64,000 bases of DNA from Phycisphaerales bacterium. Lineage in GTDB: Bacteria; Planctomycetota; Phycisphaerae; Phycisphaerales; UBA1924. Shown here in pieces: positions 63,399 through 64,000 of this stretch. A program made the translations under genes and the position numbers. The DNA lies in contig JBGAOP010000005.1 in NCBI GenBank assembly GCA_044221735.1, positions 43,608-107,607 of the forward strand, given 5' to 3'. The notes beneath the pieces were generated by a model. That model ran no database searches. It saw only the letters and a program-made list of their open reading frames with translations, and was not told the DNA's origin. Position 1 is the first letter of the stretch; the number at the start of each line of letters is the position of its first letter.

Positions 63399-64000
63399 TC
63401 ACGCCTGCCCAAGCTTCTTGAGCAGCGCTTCGCGCACGGCCTTTGCGTCGGCCGCGCCGCCGGCGAGTTTCATCACCTCGCCCACAAGCCGCCCGGCCGC
63501 CTGGAGTTTCCCCGAGCGCACGTCGTCGGCGACCTTGGGATTGGCCGCGATCACCTGATCGCACCAGCTTGAGAGCGCGCCCGCATCGCGCACGATGAGC
63601 ATCGAGCGAGCGCGGGCGATGGCTTCGACATCGATGTTCTCGCCGCCCTGCGCGGCGTCGACAAACTCTGCGCCGCCGCGGCAGAGCAGGCCGAAGAGCT
63701 CGTCGGCCGCGTTCGAGCCGATCTTCTCGTCGGCGCGCAGGCGAATGAGCTGAGCGATGCTGCGTGCGGAGATGCCCAAGTCGCTGACGAGCACGGCGTG
63801 CTCTTGTGTGCTCAGCTCGTTGGCCCGCTTCGCGCCGGATTGCAGGACAAAGTTCGCCGCGAGCCGTCCGGCCCGCTCGCGCTCCACGCCCAGCGAGCCA
63901 GCGGTCTCCACGGTTCGGTCGTAGAGCGAGCACACGTCCCATTCGTCGGTGATCGCGGCGGCCTCCTTGGCGCTCAGGCCCAGCTCGAGCATGTAGCGGC
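63399..64000 (-). CDS. gatB: Asp-tRNA(Asn)/Glu-tRNA(Gln) amidotransferase subunit B, C-terminal part (5' end beyond the window)
   Basis: GatB/YqeY-like tail '...IVRDAGALSSWCDQVIAANPKVADDVRSGKLQAAGRLVGEVMKLAGGAADAKAVREALLKKL'. The ORF runs off the window end. Confidence 0.85.
   Translation of the reverse strand, partial: RYMLELGLSAKEAAAITDEWDVCSLYDRTVETAGSLGVERERAGRLAANFVLQSGAKRANELSTQEHAVLVSDLGISARSIAQLIRLRADEKIGSNAADELFGLLCRGGAEFVDAAQGGENIDVEAIARARSMLIVRDAGALSSWCDQVIAANPKVADDVRSGKLQAAGRLVGEVMKLAGGAADAKAVREALLKKLGQA

Noticed and set aside
1-64000. Search for tRNA, rRNA, tmRNA, RNase P, CRISPR arrays, IS elements, integrases and toxin-antitoxin or defence systems
   Set aside because: I found none of the signatures: no GGTTCGAATCC-type T-arms, no rRNA-like low-GC blocks, no repeat-spacer arrays, no transposase or integrase motifs. 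This was an eye scan only, so small RNAs could have been missed.

Overview
High-GC (roughly 68-70% by eye), gene-dense bacterial chromosomal segment with about 50 protein genes. I found no rRNA, tRNA, CRISPR array, transposase, integrase or prophage block by eye. The gene content suggests a Planctomycetota/Phycisphaerae-like organism (inference only): sigma-54, a very long signal peptidase I, prepilin-type proteins, giant beta-propeller/TPR and Cys-rich secreted proteins, and dockerin-like tags that end in Gly-Cys. Recognisable housekeeping genes are gatC, pyrE, trpF, tdk, nupC, recR, rpoN, lepB, rpiB, ispE, argB and a partial gatB. Also present are an S9 peptidase, GH57, NuoE-like, NIF3, ROK kinase, LMW-PTP, HIT, CBS, PilZ and ICMT-family genes, an ECF sigma/anti-sigma pair, and a pseudopilin-ComEC pair. 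The standout is a set of six secreted proteins that share a C-terminal tandem dockerin-like module (D-I-F-D-F-L-N-x-W-F-A-G twice, with Cys at or within 2 residues of the C-terminus). Four of them are contiguous at 50.4-63.1 kb: two tandem ~1150-aa paralogs built from about 20 copies of a six-cysteine 'CC' module, a HAF-repeat protein and a metzincin/P-domain protease. No cohesin-like receptor is visible. Smaller oddities: a wobble-compensated long hairpin that ends exactly at the rpoN start codon; a perfect 41-nt palindrome with sigma-54-like motifs inside comEC; a candidate terminator-bounded small RNA; and C7/C9 homopolymer tracts at the ambiguous start of the ECF sigma gene. Many long ORFs in the track are antisense shadow ORFs typical of high-GC DNA and were not called. 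The ORF track shows alternative start codons as M, so several starts were re-derived from the sequence.
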